This document shows, in pieces, positions 37,599 through 49,899 of a stretch of 64,000 bases of DNA. The notes under the pieces were generated by a model. That model saw only the letters and a program-made list of their open reading frames with translations. It had not been told where the DNA came from and ran no database searches. The DNA is from Takakia lepidozioides. Its lineage: Eukaryota; Plantae; Bryophyta. Each line of letters starts with the position of its first letter. Position 1 is the stretch's first letter. Location: NCBI GenBank assembly GCA_030704615.1, contig CM060734.1, forward strand, positions 57,412,001 to 57,476,000, in the 5' to 3' direction. The position numbers and the translations under genes are program-made.

Positions 37599-38735
37599 TT
37601 ACAGCTCCATATCCTCCACGTCTGGCAAGGGGAACCGCAGAATAGCTGCAATGCCTGATAATTGCCCTAATTGCTCTCCAGAAACATGCATCGACGAGAA
37701 AACGTGCACATCACCACCTGCTTCTTTCACTGACTCTACTAGATCTACATAATTGCGTCTTGTTGGAATATCTGAGCTTCTGAAAAGTTCATCGGTGATG
37801 AGGAGTGTCTGTATGGCAAGACGCTCATGTGCAGCTTTGACATGCCCCGGCCCATAGAATGCCCGTGCGGAGTCATTGGTAAGCATGCTGTAGAAATCTT
37901 GCATAACTTTCACCTCCTTGGCTGCTTTTGTGTCCTTGATCTTTGCCATGACCTCAGGGGCACTCAGCACTTCCTTCAACGCATGCTTGTACCCAGACGA
38001 CGCATGTGTACGAATAATTTTAGACTTGTTCTCTATTATGCCTCGTAAATCTCGCCGCGAGGCTTCTAGCATCATGTATGCATAGAACTGCTCCTGAGTG
38101 AACCCCGGACTGGCAATCACGAGGCATCGCACCACACCAAAATCTACATGCCGCAACAATGCCTGCAGGACGTTCTCAAAGAATTTTGTCAAGGCCTTGT
38201 CATAACCTGCGATCGCAGGGCCACGCTTACGAGGAATTGACGTCTCAATCCGGGCCTTCACAGTTGTCACACTCTGCCCAACAAGACAAATGTGTGCCAG
38301 CCCCTCTTGCATCATGACCGCCACCAAATCAGCACTCGCTGCCGCATCGCAGGCCTGCTTCAGGTAATCGATCGCCATGGCATCCCACAGTACCTTGGTC
38401 AACACAAATGGCCGCTGCTGGTCGAGCTCCATAGTATGATAAGCTCCAAGCCGCACATGCTCACTCTCAGCCCTGTTCTTCCCGCGCACGCGCAGGACAG
38501 ATGCCACCTTATCATATTCCACACTCTCAACCTCCACCTCCAGCTTCAGTCGGATGCGCTCGGCATCCCCACCTCCGGATGCTGTCTCCCTCATCACTTT
38601 CCTCACGGTCACTGCAGACACACGGTCCCCAACAGCGACCAGATTGTAGACATGCCACATGTCCTCTGCCTCCTCCGGCAACAGCTTCACCGCTCCGGAG
38701 GCATCCTTGCTTATATCCTTTCGCAAAAGCTTCAT
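37599..38735 (-). CDS. PELOTA: Protein pelota (Dom34) ribosome rescue factor, 378 aa, intronless CDS
   Basis: [72 protein letters not shown]; ATG at 38735 preceded by a 5'UTR intron acceptor. Confidence 0.97.
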   Translation of the reverse strand: MKLLRKDISKDASGAVKLLPEEAEDMWHVYNLVAVGDRVSAVTVRKVMRETASGGGDAERIRLKLEVEVESVEYDKVASVLRVRGKNRAESEHVRLGAYHTMELDQQRPFVLTKVLWDAMAIDYLKQACDAAASADLVAVMMQEGLAHICLVGQSVTTVKARIETSIPRKRGPAIAGYDKALTKFFENVLQALLRHVDFGVVRCLVIASPGFTQEQFYAYMMLEASRRDLRGIIENKSKIIRTHASSGYKHALKEVLSAPEVMAKIKDTKAAKEVKVMQDFYSMLTNDSARAFYGPGHVKAAHERLAIQTLLITDELFRSSDIPTRRNYVDLVESVKEAGGDVHVFSSMHVSGEQLGQLSGIAAILRFPLPDVEDMEL

Positions 38736-39052
38736 TGCAATTTCCTGTAGACAGGTCTGAGCCTTCGTTGTAACTCTGAATTGAACTTCATGAACGTGTT
38801 GAGCACATGTATCCAAGCTCAAGGTAAGGTTAGGAAGTGGACATCATATATTCAAATTACTGCCCGAATCTTGCTCTTTTCATACCTCTGCATCGTATGT
38901 CCGCTCAGTAGGTTGGAAGGTATGCTCAGACGCAGTTTAGTGGTGTGGAGTAGGAAGCCATCGCCATAATCGTAGCAGCAGATTGTAGCTACACTATATA
39001 CACAGGGAGACAAGGAGGAAAATATGAAGACGTTTGAAGGGAGCAAGCACAA

Positions 39053-39061
39053 TTAGGGTTT
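39053..39061 (-). promoter_or_regulatory. Telo-box (AAACCCTAA) upstream of PELOTA; another lies at 34499-34507 in PEX10 intron 1
   Basis: Exact motif; telo-boxes are typical of plant translation-machinery genes. Confidence 0.5.
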
Positions 39062-39379
39062 TTGATGGATGAACAATTGTGACTGCTCTATTAACACTTT
39101 TTTTTTCACTTTTTCTTTTTTTGGTGGGGAAAAGGGACATTGGCATTGCCCCCACACTTCGGCGATTACGTGCACATCATGCAACCAAGAGCGGGTCCAC
39201 TCGCATCCCACATGCCTCCGTCCTTGTCGCCTACTATCAACATGTTTCGGTTGCTTTGCAGAGAGCACAAGCCATATCTATTTTGCATCGGGCTGATGTG
39301 ACTAGCTCCACGTCATCTCATCTTGCCTGTCTCCTTGCCTGATCTCCTCCAGGCTGTTGGCTGGGAAGGTCGCTCTGCT

Positions 39380-39482
39380 TGAGTAGCTTACTATAGCTTC
39401 TGTTTTCGTCGCTGGTTGAGTAGCTTATTATAGCTTTTGTTTTCTTCTCTAGCTGAGTAGCTTACTATAGCTTTTTGTTTTC
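39380..39482. repeat. Three-copy ~37 bp tandem repeat
   Basis: TGAGTAGCTTA(C/T)TATAGCTT...TGTTTTC occurs three times. Confidence 0.8.
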
Positions 39483-40383
39483 TTGTCTTGTTTCTTGTTC
39501 GCCCCCCCCCCTTTTTGGGAACTTCTCATCATATGCCCGTTCACCCATTGTACATGTTGTAAATAAAGTCTTCCAGATTTCATCAACACTGTTCACTTAT
39601 AGTATCTACCAATAAGTAAAGGAAAACAAAGGGGGAGGTTTAAATGTTTAGATGCCCACTGTTACTAACTCTGGTGCTGTTGAACAAAACATTTTTTTCA
39701 TGGTCTTCAGGGCATGGGCATTGCTCTTAATCCAAAACTGGTTGGCCAAGAGGGAGGACAGAGAGACATATTAGTAGAGGAAGGCTTCGTACGGCCAGCG
39801 GCGTGCGTTGGGTAGCAGAGAATAGGCTGGTGATGGTTTGCATAATACATAGAGGTGGAATATCATGCTGTGACTAACTAGCCTGACAACAACATCCATA
39901 TTTCAGCTCCTGTTTCTTATTGAACCATCTCCTGAATTATGGCCAGGAGGCCTCTCATTAACGAGATTCCTTTTCCTTACTCTTTCTGGTCTTTGGAGGG
40001 GGTGCGCCATTCAGCTCATTCAGTTGTGTGAACTCAGGGTTGGTCTACATCGGATTGCCAAAGTTAGTGACAAGGACATCTGCAGTGCTATGACATTTTC
40101 TCTGCTAAAAGTAACCCAAAGCCAAGCTAGAGAAGTAAACACAATCCAAAGCATGACATAAACCAGGATTGGAGTTCCCTCTAAGTTTGTCTCAAAATTT
40201 TCTCTCATACTCTCTATACACAGTCACCTCAGATATTGTCCTAAGAGATAAAACTACTGTTAGCCCAATGTTTAGCTACTAACTAGTCTCCTAACCAACC
40301 AAGGGATTAGGGCAAAAATGAGGACCTAGTCAGCTCTCCTGACTCTGGATTCCAGACATAGTCAAGGATGCAAGACAGGCATC

Positions 40384-42287
40384 TCAGTTCCCCACCCTTG
40401 ACATCAGAGGGGAAAAAAAATTTGCTACATAAGGTAGCGCTGGAAATGCAAGGGTACCCAACATAAACCAATTCAAGCTCAAAAGAGCAACCACGTGAAA
40501 GCCTTGCCGGTTCTGAATTTTCGTGAGAAACTGTACAACAGTGCCCAGCGACATGGCCACTACAATAAAGAGTGCAATAACCAATGGTATGCATGGATCC
40601 TGCACGAGCAAACCGCCCAATTAACACTTCAACAGATAAAGAGCATACAAAACCACCCCGAAAGAATTGAAACAAACGGAGTGCACAGACGGAGACCTAG
40701 ACAGCATCATAACAAACATAAAGCACCTGAAGAACTACCTGTGCCTCCCACACAATCCATACCACCAGAGTCGAAAGCATAGCACTGAATATACTTGAAG
40801 TGCAGGCCCTCTTTGAATCATTGACCAACTGACTTATTTTATCTGTCTCGCCCATATTCAAAACTTTGCAGGGGTATTGGGGAGACTGAAGCCCATGCCG
40901 GGACCGGTGCTTTCGCTCTTCAATCCGTACATCATGAAGATTTTTGAATGCCATCTCTCTAGCCTGCATTAGGTCGACACACGTCTCCTTCTCTTTAGGT
41001 TCCAATTGCTTCTGGAGAGCCACCTTTGCAGCAACTGCAGCTGCAACACCCCTTTGTAATTCCTCTTCACAGAGTAAGAGCTGCTCATTTTCAATTTCTA
41101 GTTCGTTCACCTGCAACATAAGGTAACAAGTTTCGATGTCAAACAGCAGAGACTTATCTTAACATCAGTAAGCAGACAACCCTTCTAACCTTGCACAAAG
41201 TTGTAAGTCAAACAATTGCATGAAGTCTCCCTCACAGAATTGACCTTTTCCAAATACTAACCAGCACCCAAAGTTTGTGCCAAGATGTAACCCAAAGAAT
41301 GGTAATGGAGTATCTTTTGCATCGTTAAGCAGTTTCAAATACTACTCAGCAACAAAAGGAACACAATGCAACCCAGTAAGACTCAAACCACCTTCTCATA
41401 AATGCAGTACAAATAGTTACGAATCAACCCAGCTAATCAGACTCACAACAGGAATTCACTTACTCCGAGAGAAGCACGATACTGATAGATCATCACATAT
41501 GATGTTTCCAAGGCTTCCACTAGGGATGGTCAGAGCTAGAAGTTTAAGTTAGATTACAATGCTGACCAAATTAACTCATCTATATCCTTCCTCTTGTTTA
41601 TACCATCCTGACAGTGACTTGGGGTGAAAATTTGCATACCCTGTTCCTCAAAGCTCTGACATTCCCCAACACCTTCTTTCTGTCCACAGCCACAACATCA
41701 ACAGTGTCTACTATACGCAGATGCTCTCTCACAAAGGCATCCAAATTTGTTTTCAACTCTGTGTTCCGTAGGATTACTTCTTCATGGTGAACTCGCAAGA
41801 CGTGAAGTCGTACCTCCAGCTGCAATTACAATGAGAGAGTCAAGCCTTGAACATCGTGAGGAAAGAAAGAGAGAGTTGAGAGAACACAATTGATGAAGAG
41901 TACATTGTTGAGGGCTGCAATCTATCTCCACCTGCCACCTAGCGGCAATAAACTCAACTGAGATGTGTATTAGAGAAACTGTTACGAAAGTAGTGACCCA
42001 AGGAGAAATTAAATCTCTGCCACGAATACTTAGGTGTAACATACCTCTCGCTCGCGGCGAAATGCTGTCATCAGACGAAAAGATGTGCGAAGGAACTTAT
42101 ATGGCCAGGTCAGTGCAAGACTGCATCCTGAAATAGACAAGTATAAGGAGAGCCAGAAAAGCCTTCGCCAGGGCCACGTTATGCTCCAAAAAATATTTGT
42201 GCTGATTGACCAGAACGTCCCTATCATCCTTGTCTTCTTGTCTTCCTCCTTCCACCTGTTGGCTGGTTTGCTGGAATCCTTTAGCAT
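40384..42287 (-). CDS. Coiled-coil protein with C-terminal TM helices (At5g45310-like), 4 coding exons
   Basis: Exons ~42287-42044, 41819-41640, 41110-40739, 40599-40384 with GT-AG; DPCIPLVIALFIVVAMSL..VVQF..VALLSLNWFMLGTLAFPALP. Confidence 0.75.
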
Positions 42288-42735
42288 CACCGCTTGCTCT
42301 GCACAGTTGAGTCTGCCAATCGTGAGCAACACGAGATAGCTCCCTATCTCACTATGGTAGTTTGCAGACACCACCTGACTGTGAGTACCATTATGATGTG
42401 TCAAATAGCACAATACCGACGTTGGTACGTCAACAGGTGTCGTGTGGTGGCCACGCGGCGCAGGGGGCGGGGGGGCATGCATGCACAGTGCGTGGAGCCG
42501 CTCTTTGCAGGGAGGGAAGTGCGATGGCGTTGTTGTGAGGAGACGAGCGTGCGCTCGGATGTTGCGTTGTTGCGATGGCGGCGTGCAATGGATTGTAGCG
42601 CTGGGAACTCGTGTGTGTCAATTTGACGGAGGTACAATGCAGCAGAGTTTGGAGAGATTTGAAATTGAGAGTGGGTTGCATTTGCATTGCAATTTAAGGG
42701 AGATTTTGGGTTTGGGTGTGGATTCGTTTGCACAC

Positions 42736-44230
42736 ACCATGTGACCCTTGTCACCTTCATAGTTCACTTAGCAGCTTGTACTCTAATTTTGATGTATGGT
42801 TTGCTCTTGCTAATGTAAATATTAATGAAAACAGAACACATGCTGCCAATTGACACTCCATCTGTAAGCTGCATCTCATATATAGCTACAATACCTAATC
42901 ATCTTTTCTGGAGGGGCAAGCTGCTAAGACGGGAGTTTGGTTGTATTCGTGGTGACCAGGCTACAGGAATTGGTCCACTGTGTGATGTGCTGATGGGCTA
43001 TCTACTTCCACGCTACCCGATTGCAAATGTACGTTTTCGCATGTATTCTTCCGAGGGTGTTGCCCAAGGCCTTGCCTTCTTGCGTGATCTCAAGCTTGGC
43101 CACTACATGAAGATTCCCCATCGTCAACTGCTCGCTGTACAGGTACATGCAAAACCCCTTAAAACAACACTGTGTGAGGAGATGGCCCAGATCAAGATTT
43201 ATCGATTGGTGGTTAAGGAATGGCACAATGACAGGACCCACTCAATGCATAATATGCTGTGCAGGTGGCAGGATTTTTGTTTGGGGGAGTCGCCAACTTG
43301 GCATGTGCCTACTGGTTGTTTAACAGTGTGGGCGATATTTGCGAAGAATCAGGGATGTGGTCATGCCCCTCAATCACTAAGGGCTTCTCAGTCACTACAC
43401 TGTGGGGCCTTGTTGGCTCCAAGAGATTAATAGGCTCAGAGGGGGAGTGCAAACAATTGAACTGGTACTTTCTGGCTGGTGCCCTTGCCCCCATACCATT
43501 TTGGGCCCTTGCTAAAGTCTCCAGAATTTTCAAAGCGAGTTTATGCAAGTCCCCCCCTCTAATTGTGGTCCATAAGTGCTTTGAGCTACATTACTTTGTT
43601 TGATAGCCAGTGTTGCTTGGTGATGACGCTGACTGTCAATTGTTTGCAACTCCTCTTGCATTTTTTATATCATCACAAGGAAGCATTCAAGTGGTGGAAA
43701 ATCTGTTGCTATGGCTCTGAAATGCATACCTGATACAAGTTACAATACGCCAGGAAAAATGATAATGATGCTCTCTTGCCGGAATGACTTCAGAAAACTT
43801 TTAGTCCGATTTGACAGACTTGTGATAACAGAAGAACCTTCATCTGTTCATGGCAGTAGCATGAGTGTAGCTTCCCATTGAGCTGTGCCTCAATGCCAAA
43901 TCCAGAAATCACTTCAAGAGAGTCACTGACTTGGAGTGCCTTGTGCAGGGTTATCTGAGGGCTGTTAACACCCCAGTGATACTGGGCGCTGCAACCCAAT
44001 GGCCCCAAGCCCAAGCTGTTACATTCAACTCTTGGTTCCTGACAGGGGCTGTGTTCAACCACTTGGTGTTCAAGTATCAGGTACACTGGTGGCGCTATAA
44101 CTATATATTGTCATAACTATATATTGTCGGCGACTATTGACACAGGCATTGCATTTGCTGGGCCCCTGATTTTCCTTACACTACTGTATTGCAACAAAGA
44201 TGGGCAAAGGTGGTGAAGCTATCCTAAGGG
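42736..44230 (+). pseudogene. OPT: OPT 3' fragment (copy C; last exons with introns)
   Basis: Aligns to 27605-29068; 16-bp tandem duplication frameshift at ~44097-44128, TGA at ~44214; no 5' half. Confidence 0.9.
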
Positions 44231-46149
44231 CAATCTAATTAGAAGCTGAATCTACTCCACAGGGAAGAACCTCACATCCGTCCGCCCGGCCTTCCCCCCA
44301 CCCACTGTTGTCGGTCGTCGTTGGTCTTGCAGGTGTTCGTTGGTCCCTCGTTGTTGGTCTATGACATGCCATCGATGTTACAAGTCTGAGTACACTGGCT
44401 TGCTTGTAGAGCTTGGGCAGAGTTTTGGGTTGTTGGTCATTTTTCGATTGACCTGCTGCAAGAAACAAAAATATCTTTCCAATGAAACCTGCCCAATGTG
44501 CATCAGTCCAGGCACAGAAAGGTGTGTTTTCGTGACATGGCCTCACAATACCTAGGAGGGGGGGAGCCTGAGGAGATGGTTTGGGGGAAAGGGCAGGCTG
44601 GGGTAGCCGGCGGGGATGACCCCAGGTGAGAACTCTCAATTTTCCTTGACACCGTCTGGGCACAGTATTAAACCCCTCAGTGACTTAAAAGAGCTGTTGA
44701 TTGATGGTTGTGTGGAAATTTGGATCGTTAACCATTATGAAGCCTGTTGAAGGACTTGGGATTGGGACCAGTGAGGAGAAACTATTTCCTGACAGCCCAC
44801 GAGCACCTTGCACAATGAAATAGGCCGTCACAGTGCTTTCTTTGGTCGAGGTGAAGCTGACAATGTTCACACAATAAGAAAGGGAGAGAAGGGAGAGTAT
44901 ATATGTGCAGACATGAGCTGGCTTGGAGGTAGATGTCGATGTTGATGTGCCCATACAGAGAGTCCCAAAAGGGCCAAAATGGACCTTCAAGCATCCACAA
45001 CAATCGACTCGGATGTGAGTAGGAGTCTGTCAGCAGCCATAGACAATGTCAGCATATCATGCACTTCAAGGAAACAATTCTCTTCACTCTAATAAAACAT
45101 AAAGCATAATGATGAGATGATGTATAATTGTCCAAGCATCAGTGCCAGTTGACAGTCTTGTAGCTTGAAGACATTTGCCTTACACAGCCCTGTGCTTGTT
45201 GAAGAAGAAGAGCTTATGTTTGGATCAAACAAATGGAAAGGTTGCTGGACACTGATCCCCAGAAATAAAGTTGGAGCACTATGCAACACCACTACTTGAG
45301 CATCCAATATTTTCAGTAACAATGGCCTCGCCCTACCAGCAATTTAACCGGAAAACTGGTAGGACACAAAACAAGAGTTGATAACAGTTCGCACCAACAA
45401 GCCTCACACACTTCAAACCATCAGCTCTGAACTGGAGCATTTTCACTAAGAAAACCAGGTGTGCTGCTTCATTCCTAGCGTAGACATTGAAGGCTCCAGT
45501 ACCCAAGGCCCCGCACGTTCATTCCTACCACCTCTTTTTAGAATCCAAACCCCACATTCACTGGACCTTTCTTAACAACCATCATTTGACGTCTAGATAG
45601 ACCTTTCATTATAGATATACCTAGATATATATATAGTACAGATAGACCTATATAGACCTTCATTATTGTAGATTTGGAAGCTTACTCAAGTGATCAAAGT
45701 GGCCACAATGCAGTCACATCTAGCCTCCTAGTATTCTAAGATTTTCCAATGGACCAATGCAGCTCTGTTTGACTCTGAGGGACTGACCCTGTCACATTGG
45801 CAATCTACTCTTGCAAATCTTAAGGGAAAGAAAGTTAGAAACGCACAAGAACGGGCTGCAACTTATGTTTTAAGTTGGCAGCTTCCCCGCTTCATAATTT
45901 TAGGATGCTCCAGCACAAGACTTTTTTACATGAGCATGAAGGCAGATACATGCACACAATGCTGGCACCGGTGGCACATGCTACGAGCTTGAAGGCCAGT
46001 ACTTTGATGACTACCTCCCGTGGCGTGATGGTCATTGGGGATCCAGGGAGGTGCAATGAAAATGATGATACTTGGAAAATTGATATCAGATACTGACAAG
46101 ACAGGATGACACAACTTTCTTGCCTCCGGATGTGGGAAAACTTAAGGGG

Positions 46150-46700
46150 TAACACATTGACCAGATCCTCCACAACTCCATACTACAGCCCTGCACATCA
46201 AGAGAGATGGAAGCATCCCCGTAGGAACCCAGGGCTTCAAGCAGCTTGATGAATTGGTCACCATCACAGGCAAGACTGGACAGCGTGTAGGGAATCATAA
46301 AATCGGGAACGTCGACCCTCATTGTAATGAGGCGCTTACTTAGAAGAGCTCCCCCAGTATCAAGCAATAAGCTTGTCCGAGCTCGCTTTAGTGTGACTGT
46401 CTCCCGTTTCTCTAGCAAGCTTTCTAGGGACCCAAATTGCCGAATGAGCTTAATGGCAGTTTTTTCACCAATCCCTAAAACCCCTGGGACGCCATCGGCA
46501 GTGTCACCTACAAGGGCCAAGACATCCACAAACTGTGATGGTTGGAGATTGCCAAACCTCTCACCGAATTCTTCCACGCCAAATGACACTATCTCAGACA
46601 ATATCTGGAAGAAATCTTTGTCAGGCGATGCTATGCGGACCATCATGCCGGCAGCCGTGGCTTTCAGTGCTATGGTTGCAATAACATCGTCAGCTTCCGG
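46150..46700 (-). pseudogene. Processed fragment of an organellar 5'-3' exonuclease (PolI 5' nuclease/H3TH, OEX1-like)
   Basis: EADDVIATIA..VRIASPDKDFFQILS, LALVGDTADGVPGVLGIGEKTAIKLIRQFGSLESLL; lacks N-terminal half, no introns, internal deletion. Confidence 0.8.
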
Positions 46701-46875
46701 TCCCTTTGGACTCGTTCTTCGCCAACATATGAGCTGCACATGCCGCCTGCGGAGCACGAGATAGGAGAGAACGACAGCTTGCAGTTCGAGGGGCATGACT
46801 ATGGAATACTATTTGGGCTGGGACGGAGACGGCTCACGGCGACGAGCAAGATGACCGTCACCGTGGACTGTCCAG

Positions 46876-47200
46876 TAATGCCAGGAAAAGAAGACATCAC
46901 CACCTGCTTCTTTCACAGACTCTACTAGATCTACATAATTGCGTCTTGTTGGAATATCTGAGCTTCTAAAAAGTTCATCGGTGATGAGGAGTGTCTGAAT
47001 TGCTAGACACTCATGTGCAGCTTTGACATGCCCCGGCCCATAGAATGCCCGTGAGGAGTCCTTGGTAAGCATGCTGTGGAAATCCTGCATAACTTTCACC
47101 TCCTTGGCTGCTTTTGTGTCCTTGATCTTTGCCATCACCTCAGAACTCAGCACTTCCTTTAACGCATGCTTGTACCCAGACGACGCATGTGTACGAATAA
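46876..47200 (-). pseudogene. PELOTA: PELOTA fragment duplicate
   Basis: Near-identical to 37709-38016 ([12 protein letters not shown]...VKEAGGDV). Confidence 0.92.
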
Positions 47201-47941
47201 TGTCAGGGGCTCAAACCTGGGAACCACCGAGCCCAGGTGCTTTACCCTACGTAACGCACGCTGACAGGCTGGTGAGTGCGTTCCGGGAGCGTAACCCACT
47301 CTGCCAGCCTGGCGAGTGCGTTACTAACTCTGGTCCGAAAAGTTCTAATGCATAGTAGCCTACAATTTATTATTTTTACCAACTGGATGAAAAAGCCCCA
47401 TAAAGCTTAGTATCTCTTAACTTGAGAATGAAAAGAAGTTCTCGCTTATTTTAAATTATTGACAGCCAACCCAATGCACGGGGTTACCAACAAAATGTAC
47501 TAAGCACGAGTTGGCCAGAAATGAGTTGAAGAGCCCCTCAGATAATTCTTGTCTGTACCATTGCTGCTGATGCTCGTACGTCAATTTGAGAATAAATCTC
47601 TGAAATAGGCTGCCTTGTCAATCATGTCCTCATGCCGGAACAATGGGACTCCACAAAATCCACAGAAGGTACAGTTGACCACAATTGATTAACATTGACC
47701 CTACTTTGCTAGGAATACTCACATAGCTCAGTTCCATATCCAACACTAGTGGCAGGACACAAAAATAACAAGAACCCAACCATGATGTCTCCACAGGCCA
47801 GCACAACAGTAGCAAGTAAACCTTTGTGATGAGTGCTTCCATTTGGTTGAATAGATGCCTACAAGCTCAACAGCAAAATATCCGACAGCAGACTAAGTGC
47901 CTAGTAATGAATGAACCTGTCTTCTCACGAGCATAACTCAC

Positions 47942-48896
47942 CAATATAGGCTTCTCCAAACAGTCAACGTGATATTGCTGTTCGCACTGCCCACAACCAA
48001 GTTTAGAAACCTGTCAGCACACATTCAAGCCATTTGCACTTTGGCATGTGGGTCGATTCAGTACAATTTGTTATGTCTGTGTTGCTATACAAATGTCTCT
48101 AGAGTGGAAAATGTTGGCCTTTTCATCTTTAATTAGTCGTAACCAAAGAATGGTGAACTTGCCATGACGTCCTTGCAAACCAGCAATCCACGTCGCTCTG
48201 ATTCTACCTCACTGCAAGATTATTGGGAGGTAAAGAAAGGAAGCTGTCACTTTACTCACTTGCTCACAGAACAAGGTTGCCTTATAGAAGTGCCCTGATC
48301 TGGAAGGACAAAAGCATGAGCCAATGTTAGATCCTGGTCGGATGTCAAAGCAAAGTGCTAGATAGGATCCCATTATGAGAGAAAGAAACGTAGAGGCCCT
48401 ACAATCTTAGGTTATTGTGAACCCCACAGTGCATTGTCCCACATGATATCAAACCTCCTCAAGCCGGGTGTAGGGGAGGGGAAATGCCATAAAGCTTGCA
48501 CAAAGCCACCAATAATCTGATGGAATGGTGTATTTGATCTACAGTTTCTGTAGACATCATCCTCAAAAACTCAATGTTGAACCCAGCACTGTTGCTAAGG
48601 AGGGGAATGGAAAGCAAAGGAAAGGAAGAAGAAATAAGAACGAAACGAAATTCAGGAGCATTCTCACTGTGGCATATCTAGAAAGCTAGCTGCTGTAGGA
48701 CGTGGATGTGTTTTAACATCTGAGAGGACTCTTTCCTTGAAAAGACAAGCAACTCACTTGCAAGAAGCACATCCGCCAACAACCTCAAGAACATTTAACA
48801 AGAGTGCACAGCGCCCCTCCATGACCACAGACTCCTTCTGCTGGCAGCCTGGGCAACGCCATTTATCATCCGGGATGCTCACCAGGTGGACGCAAT
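47942..48896 (-). pseudogene. PHD-finger gene fragment (IDM1/ROS4-like tandem PHD region)
   Basis: Exons DCVHLVSIPDDKWRCPGC (48896-48784), ..TLFCEQ|gt (~48260) and ag|CEQQYHVDCLEKPIL|gt (47986-47942). Confidence 0.55.
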
Positions 48897-49144
48897 CTGC
48901 AAAAGAGACCACAGTAGAACAACGATACACATTACGGATGAGTTTTGAAATCTTTCAGACGCTTGCTTGAGAGCTAAAACAAAGTCTAAAACCGGAGATA
49001 AGCCTTGTATCCGCAAGAAATGAAGGTGACACACCTGATCAATGATGTGCTTAAGTTTCTGGTTCTGACATGCAAACAGAAGTTTCACACATGATAAAAG
49101 CAGATGATGGCTAAGAAGATGGTGACTTGTGTGGGACACACACG

Positions 49145-49626
49145 TTAATTTTTAGGCCATGGTCTAACTTCATGATCCCCTTTCCCTGCATATATTGGAA
49201 AAGGTGGTTTTGCCCTTGTTGGAGGTACCGCCATCTGTGGCCCTACACCTTGCCTTCTCACAAGTGTTGGTCCTTGAGGACCTACTGTTGTAGTGGTGGA
49301 ACTCCCACCAGGTATTGGCCCATGAGCACTCCCTGCTACTGGCCCCTCTGTACTTACAGTATTTCCACCTCCAGTTGCACTACTTCCCACACTCCCTGTC
49401 CCCCAGAGCCACATCGAAGCTGCCCGCTTGATCCCCCTGAGCGGACACCTTCGTTGGTCTGTGATTCAAGTACTCTACTTGATCCAGGTCCAACAGGTTG
49501 GGATGTCCTGGTTGTAGTCTCAACCTCAACTGTTGGGTCTACTTCTTCATACTCTTCATCTTCCAAATTCATCTCTCTGTTTTCATCTTCCAAGTTCTTC
49601 TCTTGGTTTTCCTCTTGCTCACTCAT
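49145..49626 (-). mobile_element. LTR retrotransposon Gag N-terminal fragment
   Basis: Acidic low-complexity start followed by KPPFPIYAGKGDHEVRPW; frameshifted and truncated. Confidence 0.45.
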
Positions 49627-49899
49627 ATAACTAACTGGAGTGGTATTGGAGAGTCTGAACTCTCGTTGGCTCTGCCACATCTTCCTCTCCTTATTTGTCT
49701 TGTGTTGCCTTCCAGATTGTTCATGGGTACATCTACACCAAGACCAAGGAGGTACCTAGTTTGGTCATGGGTTGTGGTTTATACTATGCTGCTTGTTTCA
49801 TTGCACGCTATCACATTGAGCAGCAAAAAATGCAGACGAGATTTCACAGTTATTTCACTGGTGATCATTGGGTTTTACCTCATACGTATCTGTATGATA

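Noticed and set aside
38736-38822. N-terminal extension of PELOTA in the ORF track
   Set aside because: Non-ATG start running through an intron acceptor; the conserved protein starts at MKLL (38735)
39380-39482. Repeat-spacer-like array resembling CRISPR
   Set aside because: Only three units with ~10 bp related spacers, eukaryotic context, no cas genes; an ordinary tandem repeat
46086-46796. Bacterial polA or contamination
   Set aside because: The sequence follows the plant OEX1-type pattern (RIASPDKDFFQIL) and is embedded among plant gene fragments
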